57,991 nucleotides of DNA from positions 1 through 57,991 of the forward strand of contig JBKPNV010000113.1 of the NCBI GenBank assembly GCA_046732795.1. Direction: 5' to 3'. The notes beneath the pieces are model-generated. The model was given only the letters and a program-made list of their open reading frames with translations. It did no database searches and had not been told where the DNA came from. How positions within the stretch are numbered: position 1 is the first letter of the stretch; each line of letters begins with the position of its first letter. Source of the stretch: Acidobacteriota bacterium. Its GTDB lineage: Bacteria; Acidobacteriota; Vicinamibacteria; Vicinamibacterales; UBA2999. Positions 18,237-27,149 of this stretch are shown here, one piece after another. Position numbers and translations under genes: made by a program.

Positions 18237-18902
18237 ATGGCCGTTCTCCTGCCGTTCGTCGTCGTCGCTCAGTCGGCCGTAGCCATTCCGAACGAACTTC
18301 CCGCCGTAGCGATCACACAGCTGACCAGAAGTCTGGCCGAGGCCAGGGCCTATCCGCGAAATCCGTGGCGCGACACGCCGCCAATCAATGCCGACGGGAC
18401 AGTCAACGGATACGTCGAGATCTCACGCGGCGATCGACGGAAATGGGAGTTCAGCATGGCGGCAAACGCGCGCGCCATCGATCGAATGATTCCCGAGCAG
18501 ATCGGCGGATACCCGGTCAACTACGGGTTCGTACCGCAGACGATTTCGTACGACGGCGATCCGTTCGACGTGCTCGTGCTCGGCCCTCCGATTGCGGGCG
18601 GCCGCACGGTGCGCGGTGTCATTGTCGGGTTGATGCTCATGGAAGACGAAAAGGGGCACGATGCCAAGGTCGTGATATCGCCGGTGACCAAGGGCCGTCC
18701 CGCCTATCCACTGACGGAGTCCGATCGAACGACAATTGGGGACTATTTCCGTCGATACAAGCTGTTCGAGACAGACAAGTTCTCCACCGTGCCCGGGTGG
18801 GGATCGAGCGCCGACGGTCTGGCCTACGTGAACGTCACGCATGCCTTCTTTCAAGAGTGCCAGCAGGTCTCCGGACCGACCTGCCGAGTGGCGCTGCCAT
18901 GA
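18237..18902 (+). CDS. ppa: family I inorganic pyrophosphatase with hydrophobic N-terminal extension
   Basis: YVEISRGDRRKWEF...GGYPVNYGFVPQT...DGDPFDVLVL...MEDEKGHDAKV. I prefer the ATG at 18237 because the longer ORF (18093) would translate a REP hairpin. Confidence 0.85.
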   Translation: MAVLLPFVVVAQSAVAIPNELPAVAITQLTRSLAEARAYPRNPWRDTPPINADGTVNGYVEISRGDRRKWEFSMAANARAIDRMIPEQIGGYPVNYGFVPQTISYDGDPFDVLVLGPPIAGGRTVRGVIVGLMLMEDEKGHDAKVVISPVTKGRPAYPLTESDRTTIGDYFRRYKLFETDKFSTVPGWGSSADGLAYVNVTHAFFQECQQVSGPTCRVALP

Positions 18903-18903
18903 C

Positions 18904-18931
18904 GTCCGGCTGAAGCCGGACACTACGTCAC
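18904..18931. repeat. REP-like hairpin, variant A (GTCCGGCtgaaGCCGGACactacgtcac)
   Basis: 28 nt identical to 27608-27635. It lies between convergent genes, so it is a likely bidirectional terminator. Confidence 0.75.
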
Positions 18932-19791
18932 GCCTTGGCACGCCGGTAGCGTGCCTCCTCGTCGTAGTAGGCAGGGAAACCGACGGCTTTCTTCAACTCT
19001 TCGAAGTCCATCGCCGCCGTCGGACGCTCAGATCGCCGAAGGCTGACGAGAGCGGTCCGCATCGCCTGGATTGAGACGTTGAGCAGCGTCAGCGGGTAGA
19101 CGGCGATCTTGTAGCCGATCGCCTCGAGTTGCTGCGGCGACAGAAGCGGGGTCTTGCCCCCTTCGATCAGGTTCGCCATCTTCGGTCCGTCGACTTCGGC
19201 ACAATATCGACGCATTTCCTGTTCGTCGAGCGGCGCTTCGAGGAAGGTGATATCAGCGCCGATCTCGCGGAACAGCCGGCACCTGAGGATCGCCTCATCC
19301 AGGTCGATACACGCACGCGCGTCCGTGCGCGCCATGATGAGGATGCCGCTTCGGGCGTCGCGCGCATCGACGGCAGCGCGGATGCGTGTCAACGCCTCGT
19401 CGCGGCCGACGACGGATTTCCCCTCTGTGTGGCCGCACCGCTTCGGCGCGACTTGATCCTCGAGCATGATGGCGGCAAATCCCGCGCGCTCGTATCCCTG
19501 TACCGTGCGCTTGATGTTCTGCGCGCTGCCGAATCCCGTGTCGCCGTCACCGATCATTGGGATGGAAACCGCGCGGCAGATGTTCTGCCCCTGATCGGCG
19601 AGCTCGCCGTAGGAGATGAGACCAGTGTCCGGCATCCCCAGGCGCGCGGCCGAGACCCCGAACCCGCTCATGAAGCCAAGCTCGAAGCCCGCTTCTTCGA
19701 TGAGCCGGGCCGACATCGCGTCATGACAGCCCGGCATGACCAGGATGCCGGGACGATCGAGGAGCACACGCAGGCGTTGCGCAAGAGTCAT
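18928..19791 (-). CDS. isocitrate lyase / PEP mutase family enzyme (methylisocitrate lyase / carboxyvinyl-carboxyphosphonate phosphorylmutase-like)
   Basis: GCHDAMSARL..AGF...SG...PD.G......IPMIGDGDTGFG...IMLEDQV.PKRCGH motifs. Confidence 0.85.
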   Translation of the reverse strand: MTLAQRLRVLLDRPGILVMPGCHDAMSARLIEEAGFELGFMSGFGVSAARLGMPDTGLISYGELADQGQNICRAVSIPMIGDGDTGFGSAQNIKRTVQGYERAGFAAIMLEDQVAPKRCGHTEGKSVVGRDEALTRIRAAVDARDARSGILIMARTDARACIDLDEAILRCRLFREIGADITFLEAPLDEQEMRRYCAEVDGPKMANLIEGGKTPLLSPQQLEAIGYKIAVYPLTLLNVSIQAMRTALVSLRRSERPTAAMDFEELKKAVGFPAYYDEEARYRRAKA

Positions 19792-19797
19792 CTCAGT

Positions 19798-19842
19798 CGT
19801 AGTGGCCGGCTTTAGCCGGACCGATACACCGGCGTCAGCCGG
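19798..19842. repeat. REP-like hairpin variant A plus a second CCGGC gtca GCCGG hairpin
   Basis: cgtagtgGCCGGCtttaGCCGGac differs from the 18137 copy at 2 positions. Confidence 0.6.
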
Positions 19843-19848
19843 ACGGTT

Positions 19849-21009
19849 CTATTTCACGTGGACAGGAATCGTGATCGTCTTCGGATCGGGGCCCTTGTCG
19901 ACCGTGTCGAAGTTGTCGACCTCGAACGCACGGCCGATCTGGTTGCCGGCGAGGTCTTCGAGGATGTCCAGCGCCAGCAGTTGATAGACGCCGGCCGTCC
20001 ATGGCGTCGTGGGCGTGAACGTCCAGCGTGTCTCGGCTTGATCGACGTCGATGGCACCATCGACTTCTTTGCCGTCGCGCGTGACGCCCAGCGCGCGCAT
20101 CAGCAAGCCGTGGTCGAGCGGCTCGGGAAACGTGACGACCATGCCGTCGCGGCTCCCCGCCCCGGGAGACTGAATGCGCCAGCTGGATGTGTCGAGCGGT
20201 TCCAGGTCGGTTGGACCCACGCGAAGCACGCGCCTGAATTCTTCCTTGAGCGGCAGGCCGTTCTCGTCCGGCCATTCGCGTTTGATGACGAGCGTCACCG
20301 ATCGACCCACCTCGAGAGGCCTTCCCATCTGCAGGTTCGGCAGGATGCCCTTCTTGACCCGGCCGGGATCGAAAAAGATGGTGAACCGCTTGTGGTCCGG
20401 ACTCCAGAACTCGTACTCGAGTGGGAGGACAGCGCCCTCAATCTCCTTGTCTTGATGATCCAGCAGCGCGATGTACTCGACGCCACTCTTGCGTCCCATT
20501 GGCGCCGAGAACTCCACGTACATCCTTAACAGGTTCTCGGGCACGGTGTCGCCGCTGGGATACACGCGCGCGACCGTCGTCGACGGAACGGCCGTCGACG
20601 CGGGCCGCCCGACCGTTGTCTCGATGGCACCTCCCGCATCCGCAGCGGCTCCCGGCAAGCGAGCCGGCTCGAACCGCACGCGGTACTGACGTCCCGGATC
20701 CAACGGAAACAATGGCGTGAAGCGGACGACACCATCGATCACGGTGTAGTCACCAAGCATGGCAGGCGCGTCGGTGCTGACGGCGACTCTCAGCACGCTC
20801 GCCCACTGCTCTGACGTGAGATTGGCGTGCTGCAGCGACCTGAGGGCGTTGACGGACAGTCCGGTCAACGCGACGTACGCGGGCGCTCCGTTGCCAGGTG
20901 TGGTCAGCGTGATGGCGGGAGCGGCGCTCGCGTCAGACGAACGGCTGCAGGCCGCGGTACTGGAGAGCACGCTCACCAGCACCACGACCCACAACACTCG
21001 CACGGGCAT
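19849..21009 (-). CDS. hypothetical lipoprotein
   Basis: 386 aa. The signal/lipobox-like N-terminus is MPVRVLWVVVLVSVLSSTAAC. No family recognised. Confidence 0.6.
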   Translation of the reverse strand: MPVRVLWVVVLVSVLSSTAACSRSSDASAAPAITLTTPGNGAPAYVALTGLSVNALRSLQHANLTSEQWASVLRVAVSTDAPAMLGDYTVIDGVVRFTPLFPLDPGRQYRVRFEPARLPGAAADAGGAIETTVGRPASTAVPSTTVARVYPSGDTVPENLLRMYVEFSAPMGRKSGVEYIALLDHQDKEIEGAVLPLEYEFWSPDHKRFTIFFDPGRVKKGILPNLQMGRPLEVGRSVTLVIKREWPDENGLPLKEEFRRVLRVGPTDLEPLDTSSWRIQSPGAGSRDGMVVTFPEPLDHGLLMRALGVTRDGKEVDGAIDVDQAETRWTFTPTTPWTAGVYQLLALDILEDLAGNQIGRAFEVDNFDTVDKGPDPKTITIPVHVK

Positions 21010-21132
21010 GCTAGCGAGGCTCCGCCTCGCTAGGGCAGCGTTTGATTCCCTGCGCTCCGCGCGGGCGTAGACGTCGTGAATCGCGTCTCAAAAACTTGAC
21101 TCGTTCGCAAAGAAATCGACCATTCAAGCCGT

Positions 21133-22233
21133 CTAGGGCAACGGGAGTACCTGCAGATTCACCGACCCTGACGCGGCGCGCGCGAGCACGATCACGTTCT
21201 GATCGTCCAGCTTGTCCATCTGCTCGATGCCCGTCATGGTTGTCACTTTTTCGAACGGCACGCCAGCCGTCTCGGTCTGGACCGGTGTGGTGATTGGAGT
21301 CGCCGCCGCGAAGCTGCTGGTCGGGATCTTCATCACGCCGCGGCTGTTGTTGGTGGACAGCAGGAACTCCTGATTGCCCTTGCGGTAGACAATCATGTCG
21401 AGCACGCGGTTCCCCGCGCCGAACTCGCCGATGGTGGTGCCACGCACCTTGTCGCCCGGCTTCAGGTCGGAGATCGGGAACTTCACCAGCGGCGTGCAGG
21501 TGTAGCCCGCGAGCAAGTATGGCTTGTTGTCGATCGTGTACGGCACGAACGCGTTCACCGGCGATCGCGTTTCGAGCTGCTGGTGATTCCCGTGGTAGAT
21601 CTCCACGCTCGTTCCACGATCGACGGTGCTGAACGGGTACGGAATCGCGCGCAGTTTCGAGGCGAACTCCTCGTTGGAGAGCCCTGCAACCCAGAGGCGG
21701 CCGTCGGCGAAGCCCATGTCCGTGATCACATTGACACGTGGATTCTGCCGTCCGGTCGCATTGGCCGCCGGCGGATTGGGCAACTCGACGCTCTGGAACT
21801 TCAACGAGGATACCTGCACAAGATCGATCTTGCCGGTGCCGTCGATGCGGAAGAGTGTGGGGGACGCGCCCGCACCCTGACCGCGCATGGCCGAGACATA
21901 GGCCTGCCGTGTCTTCGGGTGGACGGCAAGATCGGTAATGGCGATCTCGCGGGCTCCGGTGCCAAGCAAAGCCGCAAGCTTCTCATCGAGCGCGTCGAGT
22001 CCCTTCGCGCCAGGCGCCCCGGACGTCGCTTGTGCGCCGAGATCGAGTGCGAAGATCGCGGCTCCCTGGTTGTCGGCGGCGAAGAGGGTCCCGTCCGGAC
22101 CGAATGTCAGCGGTCCAATCGACGCCATCGTCGGCCCTTGTCCGGTATCGACCGCTCCGCGTGCAGCGGAAGGAGCCCAGGATGTTGCGACGAGCAGCGC
22201 GATCAAGAGCCAGAATTTCGTCTGCGAATGCAT
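21133..22233 (-). CDS. hypothetical secreted protein (beta-rich)
   Basis: 366 aa with signal peptide MHSQTKFWLLIALLVATSWAPSAARG. No family recognised. Confidence 0.6.
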   Translation of the reverse strand: MHSQTKFWLLIALLVATSWAPSAARGAVDTGQGPTMASIGPLTFGPDGTLFAADNQGAAIFALDLGAQATSGAPGAKGLDALDEKLAALLGTGAREIAITDLAVHPKTRQAYVSAMRGQGAGASPTLFRIDGTGKIDLVQVSSLKFQSVELPNPPAANATGRQNPRVNVITDMGFADGRLWVAGLSNEEFASKLRAIPYPFSTVDRGTSVEIYHGNHQQLETRSPVNAFVPYTIDNKPYLLAGYTCTPLVKFPISDLKPGDKVRGTTIGEFGAGNRVLDMIVYRKGNQEFLLSTNNSRGVMKIPTSSFAAATPITTPVQTETAGVPFEKVTTMTGIEQMDKLDDQNVIVLARAASGSVNLQVLPLP

Positions 22234-22502
22234 GAGACGTGCTCCTTTCGGTGCCCTACGGTACGACCACGGACTGCTGGAGTCAACGAAAGAAAGGGCC
22301 GGAAGAAAGGCTTCTCAAGAAGGCCATCGTGACCGAGTGGAGCTCGATCTCGCAGACGAAAGAAATTCCATCTCGCCGCGCGAGTCCAGGACGTGATTCG
22401 CCGTGGCATATCGGCGGCCGAGGCTCGACGACGGGCACACCTCGACACACCGAAGCACCGAGGCACCAACCAACCGGCTCCGACCTCGTCTAAGTCCTCA
22501 GG

Positions 22503-23093
22503 ATGCACGAGAGTGACGAAGCGGCCGTCGCCGGGGCCCAAAACGGCGACCGAGAGGCTTTTCGTACTCTTGTCGAGCGGCATAGCCGCTATCTCTTCCG
22601 CATCGTCTTCCGGCTGACCAGGAACCCTGAGGATGCACAGGACGTGGTTCAGGACACATGGCTCAAAGCGCATGCTCAACTCGGCCGATTCGAAGCCAGG
22701 GCCAACGTGCGGACGTGGCTGACGCGGATCGCCATCAACTGCGCGATCGACCATCTGCGCGTGGCGCGCCGCCGCGAGCCGGCGTACGACCCGGCGACGT
22801 TCGAACAGGAGTCGACGAGCGGCTGCATCGAGACCACGGATGCTGAACCGGATCGTCTGGTGCTGGCGGGCGAAATCGGCGAACGCGTCGATCAGACGCT
22901 GGTCCGCTTGACGACGCTCGAGCGCGCGGCGTTCGTACTCCGGCACATCGAAGGGATGTCGATCGACGAGATCGGCATGGCACTCGGCCTCAATACCAGC
23001 GCGACCAAGCACAGCATCTTCCGCGCCGTGCGGAAAATGCGCGTCGCGCTTGCGCCATTCAAGGAAGGAGTCGGGTGTTGCCGGAGCCGATGA
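22503..23093 (+). CDS. ECF-type RNA polymerase sigma-70 factor
   Basis: Region 2 (FRTLVERHSRYLFRIVFRLTRNPEDAQDVVQDTWLKA) and region 4 (LERAAFVLRHIEGMSIDEIGMALG.. SATKHSIFRAVRKMR). Confidence 0.9.
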   Translation: MHESDEAAVAGAQNGDREAFRTLVERHSRYLFRIVFRLTRNPEDAQDVVQDTWLKAHAQLGRFEARANVRTWLTRIAINCAIDHLRVARRREPAYDPATFEQESTSGCIETTDAEPDRLVLAGEIGERVDQTLVRLTTLERAAFVLRHIEGMSIDEIGMALGLNTSATKHSIFRAVRKMRVALAPFKEGVGCCRSR

Positions 23094-23824
23094 TGCGTCA
23101 CCTGACCGATGAGGAACTGCTCCTCGATTTCTACGACGAGGGCACGCCTGACGACCGCGCACGCGTGCGGACTCACCTCGAGCACTGCGGGCAGTGTCGT
23201 GCTCTCGACGGGGAACTGCGGGCTGTGTTGACGGCAGTGGATGCCGCCCCAATCAGCGAGCCGCCGAGCGGGTTCGAGCGCGAAATGTGGGCGAGGATCG
23301 AGCCCTTGCTGCCCGTGCAGCGGGCGTGGCGCACCCGATGGAACGTCATGATGCCGCGTCTGGCGGTCGCCGCCAGCATCGGCATTCTGATGGTGGCAGC
23401 GTTCGCGGCGGGCCGGGTGTGGGAGCGCCCACCATCCACCCGCCCGGGAGCGGTTGAAGCCGACCAGGCTCTGAACGAACGGCTGCTGCGCGCCGAGGTC
23501 GAGGATCACCTCGAGCGCTCGCAACGCGTCCTCGTGGAGCTGGTGAACGCCGACTACGACATGGGCCGGCCCGTCGCGGGTGACCGGACGCGCGCCGCCG
23601 ATCTGGTGGCCGCCGGCCGTCTGTATCGCCGGTCGGCGGAGCAAATGGGTGATGGCGAAATCGGACGCCTGCTCGAAGACCTGGAGCGCGTGCTGGTCGA
23701 AGTCGCCAACGGACCAACCGACGCTCCGGAGGAGCTGAACCGGCTCCGGCAGCGGATCGACGAGCAGGATCTCGTCTTTCGCGTCCGAGTCGTCGCAAGA
23801 GAGATGAGAGAACGAGCATGGTAA
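23075..23824 (+). CDS. anti-sigma factor (zf-HC2-like, single TM)
   Basis: It overlaps the sigma gene. GTG 23075 lies 5 nt after aaggaaggag. Contains HLEHCGQCRA and one TM (MMPRLAVAASIGILMVAAFAAG). Confidence 0.75.
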   Translation: MLPEPMMRHLTDEELLLDFYDEGTPDDRARVRTHLEHCGQCRALDGELRAVLTAVDAAPISEPPSGFEREMWARIEPLLPVQRAWRTRWNVMMPRLAVAASIGILMVAAFAAGRVWERPPSTRPGAVEADQALNERLLRAEVEDHLERSQRVLVELVNADYDMGRPVAGDRTRAADLVAAGRLYRRSAEQMGDGEIGRLLEDLERVLVEVANGPTDAPEELNRLRQRIDEQDLVFRVRVVAREMRERAW

Positions 23825-25152
23825 TGGAGTCTGTGATGAACAGGGATTGGGTCGCAACGGCCTTGGTGACCATTGCGCTTGTCAGTCCGTCCGTCGCTGC
23901 GGCCGGTCAGGCTGCAGTGCTGCTCGATGCTCGCGGCGATCGGGCTGCCGTCTTTCTCGAGGAGCAGACGCGAACGCGCGAGCAGAGCGAGCGCGAGCGC
24001 GCCGAACGTGATCGCGAGCGCACCGAGCAGTCGCGCGACCGTTTTGACAATCTCTACGAGCAGGGTCAGGAGGCGATCGAGCGCGCGCAGTGGCCACAGG
24101 CGGTCGAGCGCTTCACCGCGTTGGTGTCGGCCAAGGCTCCGCGCGCCGACGCGGCACTCTACTGGCGGGCGTATTCGCTCGACAAGTTGAACCGGCAGGC
24201 CGAGGCGCTGACGTCGGTAGCGGAACTCCTCAAGACGTATCCCTCGAGTCGCTGGGCAGCCGACGCCCGCGCGCTGGAAATTCAGGTGCGGCAACGTGCA
24301 GGTCAACCTGTCTCTCCCGAGGTGCAGGCCGACGAGGAATTGAAGCTGTTCGCCATTCAGGGGCTGCAGCACCAGGACCCGGAGCAGGCGATTCCAATGC
24401 TCGAAAAGCTGCTGCAAGGCACCAGTTCACCCCGGCTCAAGGCGCGCACGCTGTTCGTGCTGGCGCAGAGCAACGCACCTCGCGCACGCCAGGTGATGAC
24501 AACGGTGGCCCGCGGCGGTGCGAATCCTGACCTGCAACTCAAAGCCATTCAGTACATCGGCATGAATGGATCGCCGCCCAATCGTGAGCTGCTTGGCGAG
24601 ATCTACGCTTCGTCGACCGACATCGACGTGAAGCGGCAGATCCTCAGGAGCTACATGATGTCAGGCGCGCGTGAGCGCGTGCTGGCCATCGCCACCAGCG
24701 AGAAGTCGCCCGAGCTGCGCGGAGAGGCGGTGCGACAGCTCGGCATGATGGGTGCGCGCGACGAAGTGTGGCAGCTGTACCAGAAAGAGAGCGACCCCGA
24801 GGTCAAGGAGCGCATCATCCAGGCGCTGTTCATGGGTGGCGACACGACTCATCTGCTCGAAGTCGCCAACAGCGATGCAAACATGGATCTGCGGCGCCGC
24901 GCGATTCAGAGCCTCGGCATGATGGGGCAGCGGGGCAGTGCTGACGCGATTCTGAACATTTACAACCGGCAGACGGATCCGGAACTGAAAGGGGCTGCCA
25001 TCGACGCTCTGTTCATTCAGCAGAATGCCGAGGCACTCGTGGCCCTCGCTAGAAAAGAAACCAACCGCGATCTCAAGGCTCGAATCGTCCAGAAGCTGTC
25101 GTTGATGCGGTCGCCGGCAGCCCGTGACTACATGCTGGAGCTCTTGAAGTGA
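23818..25152 (+). CDS. secreted HEAT-repeat protein
   Basis: Signal-like N-terminus and a charged coiled region. Repeated HEAT units follow (PELRGEAVRQLGMMG, MDLRRRAIQSLGMMG, PELKGAAIDALF). Confidence 0.75.
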   Translation: MVMESVMNRDWVATALVTIALVSPSVAAAGQAAVLLDARGDRAAVFLEEQTRTREQSERERAERDRERTEQSRDRFDNLYEQGQEAIERAQWPQAVERFTALVSAKAPRADAALYWRAYSLDKLNRQAEALTSVAELLKTYPSSRWAADARALEIQVRQRAGQPVSPEVQADEELKLFAIQGLQHQDPEQAIPMLEKLLQGTSSPRLKARTLFVLAQSNAPRARQVMTTVARGGANPDLQLKAIQYIGMNGSPPNRELLGEIYASSTDIDVKRQILRSYMMSGARERVLAIATSEKSPELRGEAVRQLGMMGARDEVWQLYQKESDPEVKERIIQALFMGGDTTHLLEVANSDANMDLRRRAIQSLGMMGQRGSADAILNIYNRQTDPELKGAAIDALFIQQNAEALVALARKETNRDLKARIVQKLSLMRSPAARDYMLELLK

Positions 25153-25991
25153 GCATCTGTTCACGCCTCCCGGTGTGCGGTTCCATCTGCCTGGTCGCGG
25201 GGTGTGTGCTCGCTACGGCGCCGCTGGGCGCGCAGACGCCGACGGTGGTGAACGGCACCCTGGAGGCGCGTGCCGCGACCCAGCCGGTTGCGAAAGAGAT
25301 CGCCACAATCGCGTCGCGTACCTCGGGGCCCGCGTGGATCGGTTATGTGATTCCGCTGAACAGGGCCGACCGCGAAAGCGGGTGCTGGAGTTCCGACGGC
25401 TTCTCGGGGCGCGCGCGCCTCGGCCCCGTCAAACTCGAAGGCTCGGAATCGATCGTCGTCCTGTATCGGATCGCAGACCAAAGCGTGCACAAGATCCGCA
25501 TCGCTTCACCCGAGTGCCCTCTCGACGCCGGAGGGTTGACACTCTACTGGTTGACTGGTGTACGCGCGACGGACAGCGTCGACTGGCTGGAGACGCTGGC
25601 GACCGGAGACACGACGCGCTCGCTTGCCAGCAGTGCCACGATGGCCATTGCCCTGCACGAAGACCGGCACGCGACGGATCGCCTGATCGCGTTGGCCCGC
25701 GACGCCAGGAGCAGCGCAGTGCGGGGCAACGCGCTGTTCTGGGTGGCGCAGCGAGCCGGCGACCGTGCTGTCGGCACGATCACCCAGGCGCTCGACGATC
25801 CGGAAACCGAGATCAGGAAGAAGGCCGTGTTCGCCTTGAGTCAGCTCCCCAAGGACGAAGGCGTACCGAAGCTGATCGAGGTTGCGCGCAGTCACCGCGA
25901 CGCGGCGGTGCGCCAGCAGGCGATGTTCTGGCTGGGACAGTCTCGCGACCCGCGCGCGCTCGCATTCTTCGAACAAGTGCTTCGCAATTGA
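25149..25991 (+). CDS. HEAT-repeat protein with signal peptide
   Basis: The GTG overlaps the previous stop (GTGA). C-terminal HEAT units are SAVRGNALFWVAQ, TEIRKKAVFALSQL and AAVRQQAMFWLGQ. Confidence 0.75.
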   Translation: MSICSRLPVCGSICLVAGCVLATAPLGAQTPTVVNGTLEARAATQPVAKEIATIASRTSGPAWIGYVIPLNRADRESGCWSSDGFSGRARLGPVKLEGSESIVVLYRIADQSVHKIRIASPECPLDAGGLTLYWLTGVRATDSVDWLETLATGDTTRSLASSATMAIALHEDRHATDRLIALARDARSSAVRGNALFWVAQRAGDRAVGTITQALDDPETEIRKKAVFALSQLPKDEGVPKLIEVARSHRDAAVRQQAMFWLGQSRDPRALAFFEQVLRN

Positions 25992-26050
25992 ATGTCGTGA
26001 TGTCGGAACTGCCGGTCTGACGAACAAGCTTCGCGATTAGGTGAACGTGC

Positions 26051-26110
26051 AGGCTGAAGCCGGCGCGCTACGGGGGAGTGCGTAGAGCGGGGGCGTCAGC
26101 CCGCGCGGAC
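26051..26110. repeat. pair of degenerate inverted REP-like elements between convergent genes
   Basis: aggctgaagccggcgcgctacg (26051-26072) faces cgtagagcgggggcgtcagcccgcgcggac (26081-26110). Confidence 0.45.
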
Positions 26111-26115
26111 ACCGG

Positions 26116-26634
26116 TCACTGCGTCGACGATTCGGACGTCGTCTTTTTCTCGATCCGTCCTGACATGATCCCGCCCACTTCGCCGTGCTGCCATGAACCG
26201 GCATACCGATCTCCGTAGAAGAACAGCCGGACAGTAAAGGTGCCGATCCCTGGCAGGCTTGTATCGGTCATCATGATCATCGCCGTATCGCCAACGAAGC
26301 GCATGGGGATGACGATCGGGATCGTGCCGTTGACACCGCAACACTGCATCCCCGCGTTGAATCGCCACAGATCGTCGCCCACTTTCTCGACGCTCTCGAC
26401 GTCGTAGCGATCCTCGCGCGGTGTGCGACCTTCGCGTCCGTCGACGGTGAACGACCCGTGCAGCGTGACGTTGCGCATGCGTTCCGTGAACTGGCGTTCC
26501 TGATCGGTCAACGACGCGGGATCGACGGCCGCATCACCGATGCCAAACCGGCCCGCGACCCACCCGCCGCCAAACACCAGGATCAACACGACCACAGCGG
26601 CCACGAAACCAATAGTGCGTCGGACCACAGCCAT
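26116..26634 (-). CDS. membrane-anchored hypothetical protein
   Basis: ATG 26634 gives MAVVRRTIGFVAAVVVLILVFGGGWVAG (one TM) followed by a soluble beta-rich domain. Confidence 0.55.
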   Translation of the reverse strand: MAVVRRTIGFVAAVVVLILVFGGGWVAGRFGIGDAAVDPASLTDQERQFTERMRNVTLHGSFTVDGREGRTPREDRYDVESVEKVGDDLWRFNAGMQCCGVNGTIPIVIPMRFVGDTAMIMMTDTSLPGIGTFTVRLFFYGDRYAGSWQHGEVGGIMSGRIEKKTTSESSTQ

Positions 26635-26685
26635 GAATACACCTCTCGGGTGCTCCCTATTTATCAGATCTTGCGTGCGATCCAC

Positions 26686-27144
26686 ATGAGAGAATCGCTG
26701 CCCATGATCAGCTCGCTTTCGTCGGTCGTGGCGGACGCCCTTCCGCGCCTGGCGGCCATTTCAGAGCAATCGGCCGCGCAGAAGCCGGCACCCGACAAGT
26801 GGTCCGGCAAGGAGATCCTCGGACATCTGATCGACTCCGCGGCCAACAATCATCAACGTTTCATCCGCCTGCAGCTCGAGCGTGAAATCAGTCTGCCGGG
26901 ATACGAGCAAGATGGCTGGGTTCGCGTCAACGGATACCAGAATCGGCCGTGGACCGAGATCATCGCGCTCTGGGCTGCCTACAATCGACACCTCGCGAGC
27001 ATCATCGAATCTATCGATCCATCCTCGCTGGGTCACGTGTGGCACTCGCCCGAGGGCGACCTGATGTTGGAGTTCATTGCGACCGATTACGTCCGCCACA
27101 TGAAGCACCACTTGAGGCAGATCGGACTTGCCATGCCGGAGTGA
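26686..27144 (+). CDS. DinB superfamily protein
   Basis: KWSGKEILGHLIDSAANNHQRFIRL...YVRHMKHHLRQI (His triad pattern of the DinB four-helix bundle). Confidence 0.8.
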   Translation: MRESLPMISSLSSVVADALPRLAAISEQSAAQKPAPDKWSGKEILGHLIDSAANNHQRFIRLQLEREISLPGYEQDGWVRVNGYQNRPWTEIIALWAAYNRHLASIIESIDPSSLGHVWHSPEGDLMLEFIATDYVRHMKHHLRQIGLAMPE

Positions 27145-27149
27145 ACACC

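Noticed and set aside
22203-23252. 349-aa ORF on the minus strand
   Set aside because: It is antisense to the well-supported ECF sigma and anti-sigma genes. Its Arg-rich composition is typical of off-frame translation of GC-rich DNA.
25175-26020. 281-aa alternative-frame ORF over the second HEAT gene
   Set aside because: It is Arg/Gly-rich with no repeats. The 25149 frame gives recognisable HEAT units and couples to the upstream gene.
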